Positions 28,108 to 37,461 of a DNA stretch of 45,628 nt are shown here, in pieces. Position 1 is the first letter of the stretch. Every line of letters begins with the position of its first letter. Source of the DNA: an uncultured Bacilli bacterium (GTDB lineage: Bacteria > Bacillota_I > Bacilli_A > RF39 > UBA660); contig CALVHY010000053.1 in the NCBI GenBank assembly GCA_944329205.1, forward strand, positions 1 through 45,628, in the 5' to 3' direction. The notes under the pieces were generated by a model. That model did not search any database. It was given only the letters and a program-made list of their open reading frames with translations, and was not told where the DNA came from. Both the position numbers and the translations under genes were made by a program.

Positions 28108-28803
28108 TTATAAATCTTGGCGGGCTTTCATAAATTCTTTTAAAACCTTGGATAAAGCTCTTTTTTCAATACGGGAAACATAACTGCGGGATATTTTTAA
28201 CTTGCTAGCAATTTCTTTTTGCGTGTGCTCTTTTTCATTTAAAAGGCCATATCTTTTTATTAAAATTTCTTTTTCCCGGGGAGATAAAACTTGAAAGTAT
28301 TGGTTTAAGAGGTAAATATTATCTTTTAAATGGAGCGTTTGTAAAATATCAACTGAATCATCTTTGATAATTTCCATTAAACTAATTTCTTGACCATCTT
28401 TATCAAAACCAACCCAATCATTTAAACTAACAGTATTGGCTTGTTTTTTGTTACTACGAAAATACATTAAGATTTCGTTTTCAATGCAGCGAGCAGCATA
28501 AGTAGTAATTTTCGTGGATTTGCTTTTTTGATAAGAATCTATTCCTTTAATAAGGCCAATGGTACCAATGCTAATTAAATCATCCGTGTCATATTTAGCA
28601 TTATCAAATTTCTTGACGATATGGGCAACTAACCTTAAATTATGTTCAATTAAAGTGTTGCGAGCTTCTTTATTGCCGGCGAGCATTTGGTTGATCATTT
28701 CTTCTTCTTCATCCGGTTTTAAGGGTTCGGGAAAAACTTGATTAGAATAACTACCGGTAAACATAAGCATATCTTTAACTAGGCTAATTAAACTTAAAAA
28801 CAT
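28108..28803 (-). CDS. sigK: Sporulation sigma factor SigK (pro-sigma-K), uninterrupted
   Basis: 231 aa. The pro-sequence is followed by FPEPLKPDEEEE and IEHNLRLVAHIVKKF, DLISIGTIGLIKGIDSY, YAARCIENEILMYFRS, ISRSYVSRIEKRAL. It is near-collinear with B. subtilis SigK as remembered. Confidence 0.88.
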   Translation of the reverse strand: MFLSLISLVKDMLMFTGSYSNQVFPEPLKPDEEEEMINQMLAGNKEARNTLIEHNLRLVAHIVKKFDNAKYDTDDLISIGTIGLIKGIDSYQKSKSTKITTYAARCIENEILMYFRSNKKQANTVSLNDWVGFDKDGQEISLMEIIKDDSVDILQTLHLKDNIYLLNQYFQVLSPREKEILIKRYGLLNEKEHTQKEIASKLKISRSYVSRIEKRALSKVLKEFMKARQDL

Positions 28804-28856
28804 TTTTTCACTTCCTAATAAAGTATATTAAAAGGAAAAAAAAATAGCATTAAAAA

Positions 28857-29090
28857 CTATTTAAAGAATTTATCAATGCTAGTATCTAATATAACACTTA
28901 TTTTATATAAGTCATAAATCGAAATAGGTAGGTCGGAATCAGCCATTTCAAATTTTTGGAGAAAGTCTTTTTTTATTTCGGCATACTGGCTTAATTCGGC
29001 TATAGACATGTTTTTAGCTTGGCGATAAAAGCGGATGTTTTTTCCAACCGTTTTATACATTTCCGGGTTAAATTGATATTTTGTTTGCAT
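28857..29090 (-). CDS. Small XRE-like HTH protein (second of a tandem paralogous pair)
   Basis: I prefer the ATG at 29090 (MQTKYQF), behind RBS GAGAGGTG, over the track start at 29141. The HTH is MSIAELSQYAEIKKDFLQKFE, with tail LYKISVILDTSIDKFF. Confidence 0.7.
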   Translation of the reverse strand: MQTKYQFNPEMYKTVGKNIRFYRQAKNMSIAELSQYAEIKKDFLQKFEMADSDLPISIYDLYKISVILDTSIDKFFK

Positions 29091-29109
29091 AAGCACACCT
29101 CTCTTGACT

Positions 29110-29355
29110 TTATTCTTCAAAAAATTTTTCCATAGATACATTTAGAACAACAGATATTTTATATAAAGTATTTAAGGACATGCCTTCTTTCCCAAAGGTA
29201 GTTTCAAAGCGTCTTAAAAAATCATTAGATACACCAATATCGGTTGCTAATTGTTCTTGGGTTATACCACTCATCTTACGATATTTCCTGACATTTCTTG
29301 CTACTACTTCAATGATATTATCTCTAAAAGTAAAATCTCTTTTAAACGTTGTCAT
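29110..29355 (-). CDS. Small XRE-like HTH protein (first of a tandem paralogous pair)
   Basis: I prefer the ATG at 29355 (MTTFKRDF), behind RBS GGAGAGTGAG; the track uses GTG at 29370. The HTH is ITQEQLATDIGVSNDFLRRFE, with tail LYKISVVLNVSMEKFF paralogous to 28857-29090. Confidence 0.7.
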   Translation of the reverse strand: MTTFKRDFTFRDNIIEVVARNVRKYRKMSGITQEQLATDIGVSNDFLRRFETTFGKEGMSLNTLYKISVVLNVSMEKFFEE

Positions 29356-29438
29356 ATACTCACTCTCCACTATTATTTTACTAGTTTATGAGATTTTTTA
29401 CTATGAAGTAATACTTCCTATTTTTGGTATCTATTTTT

Positions 29439-29467
29439 ATTATAAGCTAAATTAAGGGAATAAACAA
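29439..29467 (-). promoter_or_regulatory. Candidate sigma-A promoter of the tandem HTH genes
   Basis: On the minus strand, TTGTTT (29467-29462), 17 nt, TATAAT (29444-29439). Confidence 0.4.
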
Positions 29468-29492
29468 GAAAAAATTACCATTTTTTGGTAAT
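29466..29492 (-). terminator. Intrinsic terminator after mutL
   Basis: On the minus strand, ATTACCA-aaaaa-TGGTAAT (29492-29474), a perfect 7 bp, followed by TTTTTCTT. It abuts the mutL stop codon. Confidence 0.65.
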
Positions 29493-31252
29493 TAATTCAT
29501 AACTCTTTTAAACATTCGCTCTAAATCATAAATACTAAATTTAATAATAGTTGGCCGACCATGAGGACAGTTGTAGGGATTGTCACATAAAACTAATTCG
29601 TTTAATAATTCAGCTTGAGCTTCAGGGGATATTCGCGTATTAGCTTTAATACTCATTTTGCAAGCTAAGGTAGCTGCTAGATGATCATTAAATTTAAGAG
29701 GATCAAATTTGTCTTTGATATTTATAACTAAATCAATTATTTTGCGAATGCTTTCTTCTTCATATCCCTCTAAAAGCCAGGTGGGATGAGCTTTGATGAT
29801 AAAAGTGTTTAGACCAAATTCTTCGAGGACAAAGCCCATAGTAGTTAGAATAGACAAGTTTTCTTTTAAAGCTAAAAAGTCAGAGGCAGCTAGTTCAATA
29901 GTAATGGGGATTAAAAGATTCGTTGTGGTAATTTCTTTCTTTTTTAAAGCATTTAAATAGAGTTCATAATTAACTCTTTCTTGGGCGGCGTGTTGATCAA
30001 TCAAATAAATGCCTTCTTCATTTTGGGCAATTATATAAGTTCCTAGGGCTAAGCCTACGGGATACAAGACGAAGTTTTTCATTTCTTTATTTACCACTAA
30101 TTCATCACTGACTTTTAACTCTGGAGTATTTTTTTTGACTTGCACTTGAAAGTTTAATTCGGTTTGATGAGGTTTTGCTTCTTTTTCGGCCATAGATGTG
30201 ACGATATCAGCGATAACACTATCTTTAATGATACTTACACTTTCTTCTTTTAGAGCATTTGGTATTAGTAAATTATTGTACAAAGTATCTTTAATGGTAG
30301 TGTAGATTAAATCATATAATTCCTGCATTTTACTTATTTTAACATCTTGCTTGGTAGGATGAATGTTTACATCAACTAAAGTAGGGTCGGTATTAATTTT
30401 TAAGACGACAATAGGATATTTGCCATCCGGCTTGTAGGTATGATAAGCATCATTTATGGCTTTGTTAATTTCACTATTTCTAATTACACGATCATTTACG
30501 AAAGTATTTAAATCATTGCGGTTCGAACGAAGAATTTCCGGTTGGCAAATATAGCCATATATATCAAAATCATTGTTGCTAGATGAAAACTCTAACATCT
30601 TATTTGATACATTTAGGCCATATATTTCATGAATCGTTTTAAGTAAGTTATCAGATCCACTTGTTTTTAGTATTATTCGATTATTGTTTAGCAAGGTAAA
30701 TTTTATTTGGGGATGGGCAAGAGCTAATTTTTCGATTAAACTTACGGAATTGTAAGTCTCTGTGTTTTCCGCTTTTAAATATTTTAGCCTTGCTGGAGTA
30801 TTGTAAAATAGATTCGTGACTGTAATAGTGGTTCCTACCCGCAAATCGCCACTTTTATTTTCAAGTACTTCCCCACCTTTAATATGAATGTAAGTCGAAT
30901 TGGTACCATCACTAGTTTTTAGTTCTACTTCTGATACACTGGCAATCGATGGTAAGGCTTCACCGCGAAACCCCATTGTATCTATGAAAAATAAATCATC
31001 ATCTCGCAATATCTTACTTGTGGCGTGTCTACAAAAAGCCCTAAGAGCATCCTCTTTATCCATACCAAAGCCATTATCTGTTACTTTAATGCTTTCTAAG
31101 CCACCTTTTATTAACTCTACTTTTATTTCGCTCGCTTGCGCATCAATACTGTTTTCAACTAGTTCTTTGACGATGCTGGAACATCTTTCGACAACTTCAC
31201 CAGCCGATATTTTATTGGCTAAAGCTTCACTCATAATATGTATTTTACTCAT
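29492..31252 (-). CDS. mutL: DNA mismatch repair protein MutL
   Basis: The GHKL ATPase motifs are ANKISAGEVVERCSSIVKELVENSIDA, DNGFGM and GFRGEAL. The C-terminal endonuclease motifs are DQHAAQERVNYE and CPHGRP. I take the start at ATG 31252 (MSKIHIM). Confidence 0.95.
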   Translation of the reverse strand: MSKIHIMSEALANKISAGEVVERCSSIVKELVENSIDAQASEIKVELIKGGLESIKVTDNGFGMDKEDALRAFCRHATSKILRDDDLFFIDTMGFRGEALPSIASVSEVELKTSDGTNSTYIHIKGGEVLENKSGDLRVGTTITVTNLFYNTPARLKYLKAENTETYNSVSLIEKLALAHPQIKFTLLNNNRIILKTSGSDNLLKTIHEIYGLNVSNKMLEFSSSNNDFDIYGYICQPEILRSNRNDLNTFVNDRVIRNSEINKAINDAYHTYKPDGKYPIVVLKINTDPTLVDVNIHPTKQDVKISKMQELYDLIYTTIKDTLYNNLLIPNALKEESVSIIKDSVIADIVTSMAEKEAKPHQTELNFQVQVKKNTPELKVSDELVVNKEMKNFVLYPVGLALGTYIIAQNEEGIYLIDQHAAQERVNYELYLNALKKKEITTTNLLIPITIELAASDFLALKENLSILTTMGFVLEEFGLNTFIIKAHPTWLLEGYEEESIRKIIDLVINIKDKFDPLKFNDHLAATLACKMSIKANTRISPEAQAELLNELVLCDNPYNCPHGRPTIIKFSIYDLERMFKRVMN

Positions 31253-32174
31253 AATAATCCTCACTTACATCTATTCTTGTTTCTAATTTTTCGACATTGC
31301 TTAAAATAGTAGCATCTTTTTTGATGTTTAAAAAGCCAAGACCAGGCATAACCAAATCGTGATTTTCCGCAACTTTTAACTTATAGATGGGTTTTTTTGC
31401 TGATGAAAATTCTCTTTTGATGGGAATATTGCCATAAAAGGTGATATTATTTGGTTCTAAAAAGAGAAATTCGTAATGATTGATAATAATTTTGGTACCG
31501 GCTTTTATTTGATAAGTTAAAGGCTTTATTTCTTTATTTGATAGGGCTAAATCACAAAATTCATAAGAAAAACCAGGTGTGTCAATGATGGTGTAATCAC
31601 CAATTCTCAGTTTGATAAAATCAAGTGTAGTATTAGGCTTATTAGAAGCAACAATTAAAGCTTCTTTTCCATTTGCTTTTAAAAGTTTATTAATATAAGT
31701 ACTTTTACCAGCATTAGTTATCCCCATAATGTAAGCTGTTTTTAATTGGTATGCAGCCATTACCTTAAAAATACTAGCCGATTTATAACTTGATTTAGAA
31801 CTAATAAAAATAATTTTATCTTTAATTTTATAGACATGTTTTAACCAATTTTCGATTTTTTTTAGCTTCATCTCTTTTCTTAAAATATCACTTTTGCTAA
31901 TTACCAAAACTTTGGGAATTGTAATTTGGTTAAATATATGCAGAGTTTTAGCATTAATGTTTAAAAAATCGACAAGAAAAAAGGCAAGAGCATTACTCTT
32001 ATTTACTTGGGCTAAAACTTTTAATTCATCAATATGTTCATTTTTTTTCTCGCCATAGTGTTTAAGGCGAAAACAGCGACGGCAATAATCTTTTTTGATA
32101 TCGCTAGTAAATCCTGGGAGAGATTTATCTTTGGTTTGCAGGATAAGGCCACAGCCTAAACATTTTTTATTCAT
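31245..32174 (-). CDS. yqeH: Ribosome biogenesis GTPase YqeH
   Basis: 309 aa with the N-terminal zinc ribbon CLGCG...CRRCFRLKHYG and circularly permuted GTPase motifs (ISKSD then GITNAGKST, DTPG). Confidence 0.88.
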   Translation of the reverse strand: MNKKCLGCGLILQTKDKSLPGFTSDIKKDYCRRCFRLKHYGEKKNEHIDELKVLAQVNKSNALAFFLVDFLNINAKTLHIFNQITIPKVLVISKSDILRKEMKLKKIENWLKHVYKIKDKIIFISSKSSYKSASIFKVMAAYQLKTAYIMGITNAGKSTYINKLLKANGKEALIVASNKPNTTLDFIKLRIGDYTIIDTPGFSYEFCDLALSNKEIKPLTYQIKAGTKIIINHYEFLFLEPNNITFYGNIPIKREFSSAKKPIYKLKVAENHDLVMPGLGFLNIKKDATILSNVEKLETRIDVSEDYYE

Positions 32175-32685
32175 AGTATTCTCCTTTAATAAGAATCCCC
32201 TTTTTTCTTAATTTACGATAAATAAAACTTTCAAAAAAACGATTTATTTTGGTACACCATTTTTCGTAATCACCTAAAGGATTTATTAAAATGGAAGTTA
32301 TCCCTACCCTGTTAGCCCCTAAAATATCGGTTAAAAGTTGGTCCCCTATCGCGGCTATTTCGTGGTATTTAAACTTGTACATGTTCATGATCTTTAAATA
32401 TTTCTTTTTGAATGGTTTGTGGCTGGATGAGGCAACATCAACATTTAAACCCTCTTTAAAAGGAATTAATCTTTTTTTACCACTGTTGGATATAATAATT
32501 ATTTTAAAATCTTTTTCTAACTTAGCAAATAGTTCACTTACTTTTTTGGAGGGAACATCAATATCTACCGGAGTTAAAGTGTTATCTAAATCAAATAGTA
32601 AACACTTAATACCCTTTTTCTTTAATTTATTATATTCAATATCATATATACTGTTTTGATACATATCGGGAATTAAGTAATGCAT
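32167..32685 (-). CDS. yqeG: YqeG-family HAD phosphatase
   Basis: The motifs are LFDLDNTL, ISNSG, HKPFKK and GDQLLTDILGANRVG. I take the start at ATG 32685 (MHYLIPD), behind a GGTGG RBS. Confidence 0.88.
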   Translation of the reverse strand: MHYLIPDMYQNSIYDIEYNKLKKKGIKCLLFDLDNTLTPVDIDVPSKKVSELFAKLEKDFKIIIISNSGKKRLIPFKEGLNVDVASSSHKPFKKKYLKIMNMYKFKYHEIAAIGDQLLTDILGANRVGITSILINPLGDYEKWCTKINRFFESFIYRKLRKKGILIKGEYYE

Positions 32686-32735
32686 TATAACCACCAAAAT
32701 TATTATATCAAAAAAAAGAAGAAGTGGCTATCTTT

Positions 32736-33065
32736 TTATCTAGCTAAACTTTCTTCTTCTATCATTTGATCAATTATCTTGATTTGCTCAAAATCAAAGT
32801 TTTTAAGAGCTAAACCATAAACATTAATTAAATGTTCTAAGCCATTTAACCACCAATTAATAAAAATATCTTCTAACTCTTCTTCTGTTAAGGTTATATT
32901 GTTTATTAAAGGATATAGCCCCGTATCAAAATTACCGGTTTTAATTCGTCTAAGTTTTTCTTGCCGTAACTCTTCTTTTGCTTTTTGGGCCAGCTCATAG
33001 ATTGGATTAGTAAACTTAGGTAAATAATGGGGAATATTTTGGTTAGCTACAACTGGTTCTTTCAT
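32736..33065 (-). CDS. Hypothetical protein
   Basis: 109-aa ORF preceded by an AGGAGGT RBS. No motif recognised. Confidence 0.55.
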   Translation of the reverse strand: MKEPVVANQNIPHYLPKFTNPIYELAQKAKEELRQEKLRRIKTGNFDTGLYPLINNITLTEEELEDIFINWWLNGLEHLINVYGLALKNFDFEQIKIIDQMIEEESLAR

Positions 33066-33114
33066 AAAGTTACCTCCTAACTAGATTATAACAAGAAATG
33101 CGTTAAAGTGCAAA

Positions 33115-33336
33115 TTATTTTAGGGCACTTAAAACATTACTAATTATATCAATATTATCTATAGCATCACTTATCTTGTCAGTTGCTCTTAAACGATATT
33201 TGACTTTCATTTGGGCTTTGTAGTTTTTTATATTTAAGGGGTTGCGATTTAGGTCTTTTAACCAGTAAGAATTATATTTTAATAAGTCATACATTTTCCC
33301 ATCTTTTTTTAAATCCATTAGAGCATTTACTTGCAT
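33115..33336 (-). CDS. YlbE-like small protein
   Basis: 73 aa. The YWLKDLNRNP pattern and its position right after a YlbD-like gene resemble B. subtilis ylbD-ylbE. Confidence 0.55.
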   Translation of the reverse strand: MQVNALMDLKKDGKMYDLLKYNSYWLKDLNRNPLNIKNYKAQMKVKYRLRATDKISDAIDNIDIISNVLSALK

Positions 33337-33681
33337 TTAATCCTCAAAAAATTTATTGATAGGCCTTGGATTTACAGGGCCTTTACTTACAGGCGTAGAT
33401 GGGGTTTTACCGGTTAATTCTTGAACTAGGCCAAGAGCTTTTTGGGCTGTATTAATGTGCTTTTGAACGGAATCCATATCTATGTGCTTAACTAGATCGG
33501 TTATATTACCCAAATTACTTGAAGGATTATTTTTTAAATAATTGTTCCAGGCCCGATCATCAGTTCCATAAATATCATATATTTCATATAACTCTTGCCA
33601 AGAGGCAGATCCTGATTTGACATTGCGGACTAATTCAGGATGGAGACGGGCAAATTCTTTAAATTCTTCTTTTTTAGACAT
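33337..33681 (-). CDS. YlbD-like putative spore coat protein
   Basis: 114 aa with EEFKEFARLHPELVRNVKSGSASWQELYEIYDIYG, which matches the YlbD family pattern as remembered. Confidence 0.6.
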   Translation of the reverse strand: MSKKEEFKEFARLHPELVRNVKSGSASWQELYEIYDIYGTDDRAWNNYLKNNPSSNLGNITDLVKHIDMDSVQKHINTAQKALGLVQELTGKTPSTPVSKGPVNPRPINKFFED

Positions 33682-33736
33682 AATATCACCATTACATTAT
33701 ATGTTTAGGGCTAGAAAAAAGAAGTGAAAAACACTT

Positions 33737-36220
33737 CTATAATTTGAAATCATCAAGGAAATCGGCCATAGATAAATTTGAGGATTCTTGCTTGCTAGGC
33801 TTTTTTATTTTAGGCTCTTTAAGGGGGGTTATTTTTTCAGGAAAAGCCACAAGACTAGCTTGATCTAATTTGTATTTACTAATATTAGAACCAGTTGAAG
33901 ATAAGTCCATGATGGCAATATCACTATTTTTAAAAATATTAATTTCTCCATCTGATTTGGTTAAAACAAGATCTTTAGCATTAGTAGCAAAAGCATTTAA
34001 AACGTGATAAGTAACAGTTTTGGTCTTCTTAAGAAGCATATCTCCTTTTTTAGCGCGACTGTGCATTTTTAAGTCACTAATTTTGATTCTTTTGGCCGTC
34101 TTGTTATCAGTGAAAATAGTTATGTATTCTATGTTATCATTGTAACTAAGCATGTTTTTGAGGCAGTCATCTTTTAAGGTAATGCCCTTTACCCCACTGG
34201 CTTTTGGACCAACTAAAGGTATTTCTTGCGTTTGATAATTTAAGTAATAACCATTTTGGGTAACTAAAATGATGTTTCCTAAATCTTTTTTGACATCAAT
34301 TAAACGATCTTGATCTTTTAGTTTCATGGCCATGATGGGTTTGGAACATCTAGCTACTTCAAGATCTATAGCTTTCGTCCTTTTTACCATGCCGTTTTTC
34401 GAGGCCATTAGATAGATATCATGAGGATTATAGATGAAGGAAGTAACTACTTCTTCATCTGTAGCCATCATAATTATGTTATTTATGTGTTTTCCTAATT
34501 CTTTCCATTTAGCTTCTGGGATTTTGTAGGCAGGAATGAATAAATAATTACCGAAGTTGGTGAAGACAACAAGCGTATCAAGGGTACTACATTCATAGAT
34601 GCCGGTGATGAAATCTCCTGGTTTTAGGGTTGTATCTTCATTAGAACTAGCATAACTTTTGGCACTTACTCTTTTGATATATCCTTCATTTGTAACAACA
34701 ATAACAATGTTTTCTTTAGGAATCATTTCTTTAGCATCAAGTTTTATTTCGGTTAGTTTCTCTTCAATTTGAGTTTTTCTTGGAGTTTCATATTCTTTTT
34801 TGATTAATTTAAGCTCTTTTTTCATAACATATTTTAAAGCTTCTTCATCACTTAAAATTGCTTTTAGCCCTTCAATTAATTTGGAGAGTTTAGCCATTCT
34901 TTCTTGTAATTCTAAAACATCGGTATTGGTTAATTTATATAATTGTAAAGTTACAATAGCTTCCGCTTGTTCCATAGTAAAAGAAAATGATTTTACTAAA
35001 TTATTTTTGGCATCAGCTTTATTTTTACTTGATCTAATTACTTTAATAACCTCATCTAAAATAGATAAACATTTGATTAGACCTTCAACAATGTGCATTT
35101 CTCGTTCGTTTTTAGCTAATTCAAAAGCACTTCTTTTCGTAATTACTTCCCGGTTGTGAGCTATATAAGCATCAAGTATTTCTAAAATACCTAAAGTTTT
35201 AGGAACACGATTAACAATGGCTACCATATTGTAATTATAAGATATTTGTAAGTCAGTATTTTTAAATAAATAGCCTAATATTAAATCAGGATTAGCTCCC
35301 GTTTTTAAATCAATGACAAGGCGAAGGCCCTCACGATCTGATTCATCTCTAACCTCAGTCATACCATCTATTTTTTTGTCAATTCTAATAGAATCAATCT
35401 TATTTACGAGAACAGCTTTATTGACATCGTAGGGAATTTCTTTAATAATGATTTTTGTTTTTCCTTTTTCACGAACAATATCATATTGGCATCGAACAAT
35501 AACTTTACCTTTACCAGTTTTAAAAGCTTCTCTTATTCCATCGATGCCACAAGCAATACCTCCGGTAGGAAAGTCGGGACCTTTGATAATATCTAAAATG
35601 GTATCTAAATAGCAATTGGGACTTTCTATTCTTTTGATTGTAGCATCAATTACTTCCCCTAAATTATGAGGAGGTATGTTAGTAGCATAGCCGGCACTAA
35701 TACCCATAGCGCCATTTACTAAAAGATTAGGAAATTTAGCAGGTAAAACCGTGGGTTCTAAAAGACGATCATCAAAATTAGGAGCAAATTTAACGGTGTC
35801 TTTATCAAGATCGCTAAGTAATTCATTGCTTATTTTAGCTAGTCTTGCTTCCGTATAACGGTAAGCTGCAGCGGGATCACCATCAATGGAACCATTGTTT
35901 CCTTTCATATCAATAAGAATAGCATTTTGTTTCCACGTTTGCGACATTCTAACCATAGCATCATAAACAGAAGAATCACCATGGGGGTGATATTTTCCTA
36001 GTACATCACCAACGGTGGCAGCACTTTTGATATATTTCTTATCATAAGTATTACCAGCCTTGTACATGGCAAAAAGAATTCTTCTTTGAACGGGTTTTAG
36101 CCCATCCCGAACATCAGGGATGGCTCTATCTTGAATTATTTCTTTAGCATAGGAAGCAAAACGTTCTCCCATAATTTCTTCTAAAGCATAATCTTCTATT
36201 CTTTTAAGTATGTCTTGCAT
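33737..36220 (-). CDS. parC: DNA topoisomerase IV subunit A (type IIA topoisomerase A subunit)
   Basis: 827 aa with [42 protein letters not shown] and [11 protein letters not shown] (active-site Tyr). The SSVY / SQ.WK variants fit Gram-positive ParC better than GyrA. Confidence 0.85.
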   Translation of the reverse strand: MQDILKRIEDYALEEIMGERFASYAKEIIQDRAIPDVRDGLKPVQRRILFAMYKAGNTYDKKYIKSAATVGDVLGKYHPHGDSSVYDAMVRMSQTWKQNAILIDMKGNNGSIDGDPAAAYRYTEARLAKISNELLSDLDKDTVKFAPNFDDRLLEPTVLPAKFPNLLVNGAMGISAGYATNIPPHNLGEVIDATIKRIESPNCYLDTILDIIKGPDFPTGGIACGIDGIREAFKTGKGKVIVRCQYDIVREKGKTKIIIKEIPYDVNKAVLVNKIDSIRIDKKIDGMTEVRDESDREGLRLVIDLKTGANPDLILGYLFKNTDLQISYNYNMVAIVNRVPKTLGILEILDAYIAHNREVITKRSAFELAKNEREMHIVEGLIKCLSILDEVIKVIRSSKNKADAKNNLVKSFSFTMEQAEAIVTLQLYKLTNTDVLELQERMAKLSKLIEGLKAILSDEEALKYVMKKELKLIKKEYETPRKTQIEEKLTEIKLDAKEMIPKENIVIVVTNEGYIKRVSAKSYASSNEDTTLKPGDFITGIYECSTLDTLVVFTNFGNYLFIPAYKIPEAKWKELGKHINNIIMMATDEEVVTSFIYNPHDIYLMASKNGMVKRTKAIDLEVARCSKPIMAMKLKDQDRLIDVKKDLGNIILVTQNGYYLNYQTQEIPLVGPKASGVKGITLKDDCLKNMLSYNDNIEYITIFTDNKTAKRIKISDLKMHSRAKKGDMLLKKTKTVTYHVLNAFATNAKDLVLTKSDGEINIFKNSDIAIMDLSSTGSNISKYKLDQASLVAFPEKITPLKEPKIKKPSKQESSNLSMADFLDDFKL

Positions 36221-36248
36221 ATTTTACCACCATAAATTATTTTAACAT

Positions 36249-36270
36249 AAAAAAAGGCTTAAATAAAGCC
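36249..36270 (-). terminator. Weak terminator-like hairpin between paralogue D and parC
   Basis: On the minus strand, GGCTT-tattt-AAGCC followed by T7. The stem is only 5 bp, and the hairpin ends about 29 nt before the parC ATG. Confidence 0.4.
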
Positions 36271-36348
36271 ACTTTACATTAATTTATTAACAGTTATTAT
36301 ATATAAATAAATATAAATATATTTAGCAATTTATTAGTTTTTCTATAT

Positions 36349-37437
36349 TTAGGATATTTCATACGGATTATCATAACTTCCGTTGCCACCCATTAGCTTT
36401 ATTTCGCTTTTTAAGTAAATCGTTGGTCTTACATTATAACTGGAAGGGTCATCTGTTCCACTTATAACATATCCTAATACCATTGGTAGGCCGTTATAAT
36501 ACTTGGCAATACTCCACTCATAATTGTGTGTATTTAACCAATTTTCCCCAGAACAATCTGAAGTATAATAACGACTTACGTTAGTTGTTCTTGAGCAGCT
36601 GCTCGCTAGAACTGCATAACCATAATCACTTGGATACATTAAGCCAACTTTTCCAGTCCATTTATCCGATCCACTTCTCTCATCACTATATATAGTTGTT
36701 ACTGGAGAATCTGTGTCACCTACAACGCTTAAATGCCAATCAACACTTTCTATTTGATTTCTTGATATTTCATCTAAACCAGTTTTACTAAAATAACACG
36801 TTTTGGTAAGATTTGCATAATATGCGCATGTGCTATCAGTGGCATTTAAATAGCCATTATTTAATTGTTCTTGTAATGATGATGTCCCCCAATTTCCAGA
36901 ATATGAATTATTCCACGATAAGCTATCTATTTCACTATTTCTAATTAATTTAACTAGATTTTGGTTAGAGCCATTTTCTGTTGCTACGTTGAAAACGCCA
37001 ATTATTCTCCATAACTCGTTGTTAAATAAGACGTAATTATTTGGATTTGATCCTTCATAGCGATAGCCGTTTTCATTTACAAGACAATCTACTGCTTCAT
37101 GATTTTCTGTTGGAGTGGTTGTGCAAACTTTTTCTATTAAATAATCAGCGAAATTCTTTTCGTCATTACTTACAAACTCTATAGTGCAAGTACTATCATT
37201 TGAGGCAGCTGCAATTTCTAATCTCCATGTTGAGTAATTAAATTTTGCAGTAGTTCCATTTGTGCAATTAATATTAGCCACCTTATATCCTTTAGTACTT
37301 TCTATTGGCACTGCTGCTAATTTTCCATCAATATATGTATTAACTTTAACATTACCATGTTCTTTTTTTATAAATCCCAAACTTATTAAAATGACCATTG
37401 TAAATAATAAGCCAAAGATTATTAAATTCTTTTTCAT
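36349..37437 (-). CDS. Secreted/anchored surface protein, paralogue D (own signal-anchor + two-Cys module + type-2 head)
   Basis: 362 aa. The signal/anchor is MKKNLIIFGLLFTMVILISLGF. The two-Cys module is INCTNGTTAKFNYSTWRLEIAAASNDSTCTIEF. The head is collinear with residues ~190-473 of 37462-38883 (FADYLIEKVC, DCLVNENGYRYEG, ELWRIIGVF, MYPSDYGYAVLASSC, VRPTIYLK, GGNGSYDNPYEI). Confidence 0.85.
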   Translation of the reverse strand: MKKNLIIFGLLFTMVILISLGFIKKEHGNVKVNTYIDGKLAAVPIESTKGYKVANINCTNGTTAKFNYSTWRLEIAAASNDSTCTIEFVSNDEKNFADYLIEKVCTTTPTENHEAVDCLVNENGYRYEGSNPNNYVLFNNELWRIIGVFNVATENGSNQNLVKLIRNSEIDSLSWNNSYSGNWGTSSLQEQLNNGYLNATDSTCAYYANLTKTCYFSKTGLDEISRNQIESVDWHLSVVGDTDSPVTTIYSDERSGSDKWTGKVGLMYPSDYGYAVLASSCSRTTNVSRYYTSDCSGENWLNTHNYEWSIAKYYNGLPMVLGYVISGTDDPSSYNVRPTIYLKSEIKLMGGNGSYDNPYEIS

Positions 37438-37461
37438 TTTAAACCTACTTTCATTTTTTAA

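Noticed and set aside
28108-28803. sigK interrupted by a skin-like element
   Set aside because: The ORF is continuous from the pro-sequence through region 4.2. No intervening element is present.
30900-35159. Plus-strand ORFs 30900-31286, 32291-32659 and 34800-35159
   Set aside because: They are antisense shadows inside mutL, yqeG and parC respectively. Each host gene has unambiguous family motifs on the minus strand.
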